From positions 85,189 to 149,188 of the forward strand of contig CAZOMP010000006.1 in the NCBI GenBank assembly GCA_964581085.1: a DNA stretch of 64,000 nucleotides, in the 5' to 3' direction. Made by a program: the position numbers and the translations under genes. This DNA is from an uncultured Gaiellales bacterium (GTDB lineage: Bacteria > Actinomycetota > Thermoleophilia > Gaiellales > Gaiellaceae). Shown piece after piece: positions 62,481-64,000 of this stretch; position 1 is the stretch's first letter, and each line of letters begins with the position of its first letter. Under the pieces are notes generated by a model. It worked only from the letters and a program-made list of their open reading frames with translations. It searched no databases and had not been told where the DNA came from.

Positions 62481-63379
62481 CAGAACTCCCGGTCGAAGTC
62501 GGTGCTGCCGTCGGCTGCGATGTGGGCGGAGGCGCGACGCGCGGCCCAGCACTGGTAGTTGACGGCCACCGGGTTGAGGGTCATGTGCGTGTCGGCGTGC
62601 TCGATGTGACACTGGAGCACGGTCACGTCGCCGCCGAGGCCCATGGGGCCGATCCCCGTCTCGTTGAGGAGGCCGTAGAGCTCGTCCTCGAGCTGCGCCA
62701 CGAGCGGGTCGGCGTTCCTCGTGCCGACCGGCCGCGCGATCGCCTCCTTGGCGAGATACATCGCGTAGTCCGCCGAGCCGCCGATCCCGACCCCGACGAT
62801 GCCGGGCGGACAGGGCTTGCCGCCGGCGTCGACGATCGACTCGAGCACGAACTTCTTGATCCCCGTGACGCCGTCGGCGGGGACGCACATCTTGAGGAAG
62901 CTCATGTTCTCGGAGCCGGAGCCCTTGGGCACGCACTTGACGTCGAGGCCGTCCCAGTCGGGGATGAACTCCCAGTGCACGATCGGCAGTCGATGACCGG
63001 TGTTGGGGCCGGTGTTCTCACGCGTCAGCACGTGGACGGCGTTCGAGCGGAGCGGGTGCTCCACGGTCGCGCGGGCGGTTCCCGTCTTCAGCGCCGTGTA
63101 GATGCGGGCCGGGTGGAGCGGGAAGTGCTCCCCGACGCGGCAGGTGTAGACGGCAATGCCCGTGTCCTGGCAGACGAGGTTCTTCTGCTCGTCCGCGATC
63201 GAGACGTTGCGATGGATCGTCTCCAGGATCCGGGTGCCGGTGACCGAGGTCTCGCGCTCGCGCGCGGCAGCGAGAGCGTCGCGGAGGTCCTGCGGAATGT
63301 CCTTCAGCGCCCACACGTAGAGGTGGGCCGCCGCGTCCTCGACTGCCGCCTCGAGGTCGGTGGTGGTGATCGTGCTCAT
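62480..63379 (-). CDS. class I fumarate hydratase / tartrate dehydratase alpha subunit (Fe-S)
   Basis: CQDTG, KGSGSEN, PCPP, GIGPMGLGG, QCWA. Confidence 0.9.
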   Translation of the reverse strand: MSTITTTDLEAAVEDAAAHLYVWALKDIPQDLRDALAAARERETSVTGTRILETIHRNVSIADEQKNLVCQDTGIAVYTCRVGEHFPLHPARIYTALKTGTARATVEHPLRSNAVHVLTRENTGPNTGHRLPIVHWEFIPDWDGLDVKCVPKGSGSENMSFLKMCVPADGVTGIKKFVLESIVDAGGKPCPPGIVGVGIGGSADYAMYLAKEAIARPVGTRNADPLVAQLEDELYGLLNETGIGPMGLGGDVTVLQCHIEHADTHMTLNPVAVNYQCWAARRASAHIAADGSTDFDREF

Positions 63380-64000
63380 ACGCTCGCTTTCTCCCAGGCT
63401 GCCCGGCCGGCGCGGCGTCCGAAGACGACGCACTCGAGCAGCGAGTTGCCCATCATGCGGTTACGCCCGTGGGTGCCGCCTGCGATCTCACCACAGGCGT
63501 AGAGCCCCTCGAGCGTGGTCTCGGCCTGCTCGTCGATCACGAGGCCGCCGTTCTGGTAGTGGAGGACGGGGTAGGTGAGGAGCGGCTCCTGCAGCGGATC
63601 GATCCCCGCGCCACGGTAGCGCCGCAGCATGTACGGCAGCGAGATCTCCGCGTCCGTCGCCGCGATCCGGGTCGTGTCGAGATAGACCGCGGGGCGGCCG
63701 TCCTGCGTCTGCACCCCACGGCCCGCGGCGACCTCGTCGAAGATCGCCTGGGAGACCTGGTCGCGGGGGCCGAGCGAGTCGGTGAACTCCTCCCCCTCCG
63801 CGTTGAGGAGGACGGCACCGTAGGCGCGTGTCGTCTCCGGGATCGAGTATCCCTGCATCGTCGCCGGCCAGGCGCCCCCGTTCGGGTGGTACTGGAGCGC
63901 GTCGAGATCGCGCGAGGCGGCGCCGATCCCCGTTGCGATCCGTGTCACCTCGCCCGTCGCGTTGGGATGGTTGGTCGAGAGCTCGTGTCGTTCCTGCGCC
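63376..64000 (-). CDS. SdhA/FrdA/NadB-family FAD flavoprotein, C-terminal part (truncated by window edge)
   Basis: QYHPNG, ETTRAYG, LGPRDQVS, HYQNGG, GEIAGGTHGRNRMMGNSLLE. Confidence 0.85.
   Translation of the reverse strand, partial: AQERHELSTNHPNATGEVTRIATGIGAASRDLDALQYHPNGGAWPATMQGYSIPETTRAYGAVLLNAEGEEFTDSLGPRDQVSQAIFDEVAAGRGVQTQDGRPAVYLDTTRIAATDAEISLPYMLRRYRGAGIDPLQEPLLTYPVLHYQNGGLVIDEQAETTLEGLYACGEIAGGTHGRNRMMGNSLLECVVFGRRAGRAAWEKASV

Noticed and set aside
60201..64000. Canonical coenzyme M biosynthesis operon
   Set aside because: comB/C/D/E and the bacterial xcb lyase genes are absent from the window; only comA is present

Overview
High-GC (about 70% by eye) bacterial chromosome segment with roughly 65 tightly packed genes. 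Gene content (PAC2 proteasome chaperone, Rv3778c-like desulfurase, GT87, many apparently leaderless genes) points to Actinomycetota, probably Thermoleophilia/Gaiellales-like; this is inference. Most genes are housekeeping or metabolic: hydA, mntH, mug, nadE, acetoacetate-CoA ligase, argG, selD, ctaA, beta-oxidation enzymes, CoA transferase and envelope glycosylation. Three regions stand out. (1) 23.2-25.0 kb: an XRE-HTH+TPR regulator directly followed by an unannotated 34-aa hydrophobic propeptide, an RRNPP-like peptide-signalling cassette. It is flanked by a divergent ~170-nt transcript with its own promoter and terminator. (2) 44.5-52.5 kb: an accessory island with a Zn-ribbon/TPR-SAH(HD)-chaperone-like fusion, an AbiEi-like/Fic protein, an ADP-ribosylglycohydrolase, a truncated phosphatase and internal duplications. 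It may be a counter-toxin island. (3) 60.2-64 kb: an operon of fumarate-reductase-like flavoprotein, class I fumarase alpha/beta, phosphosulfolactate synthase and TauE, possibly a sulfonate analogue of the malate-fumarate-succinate route. No rRNA, tRNA, CRISPR array, integrase or transposase was seen. All calls come from motif recognition by eye; no database searches were run.
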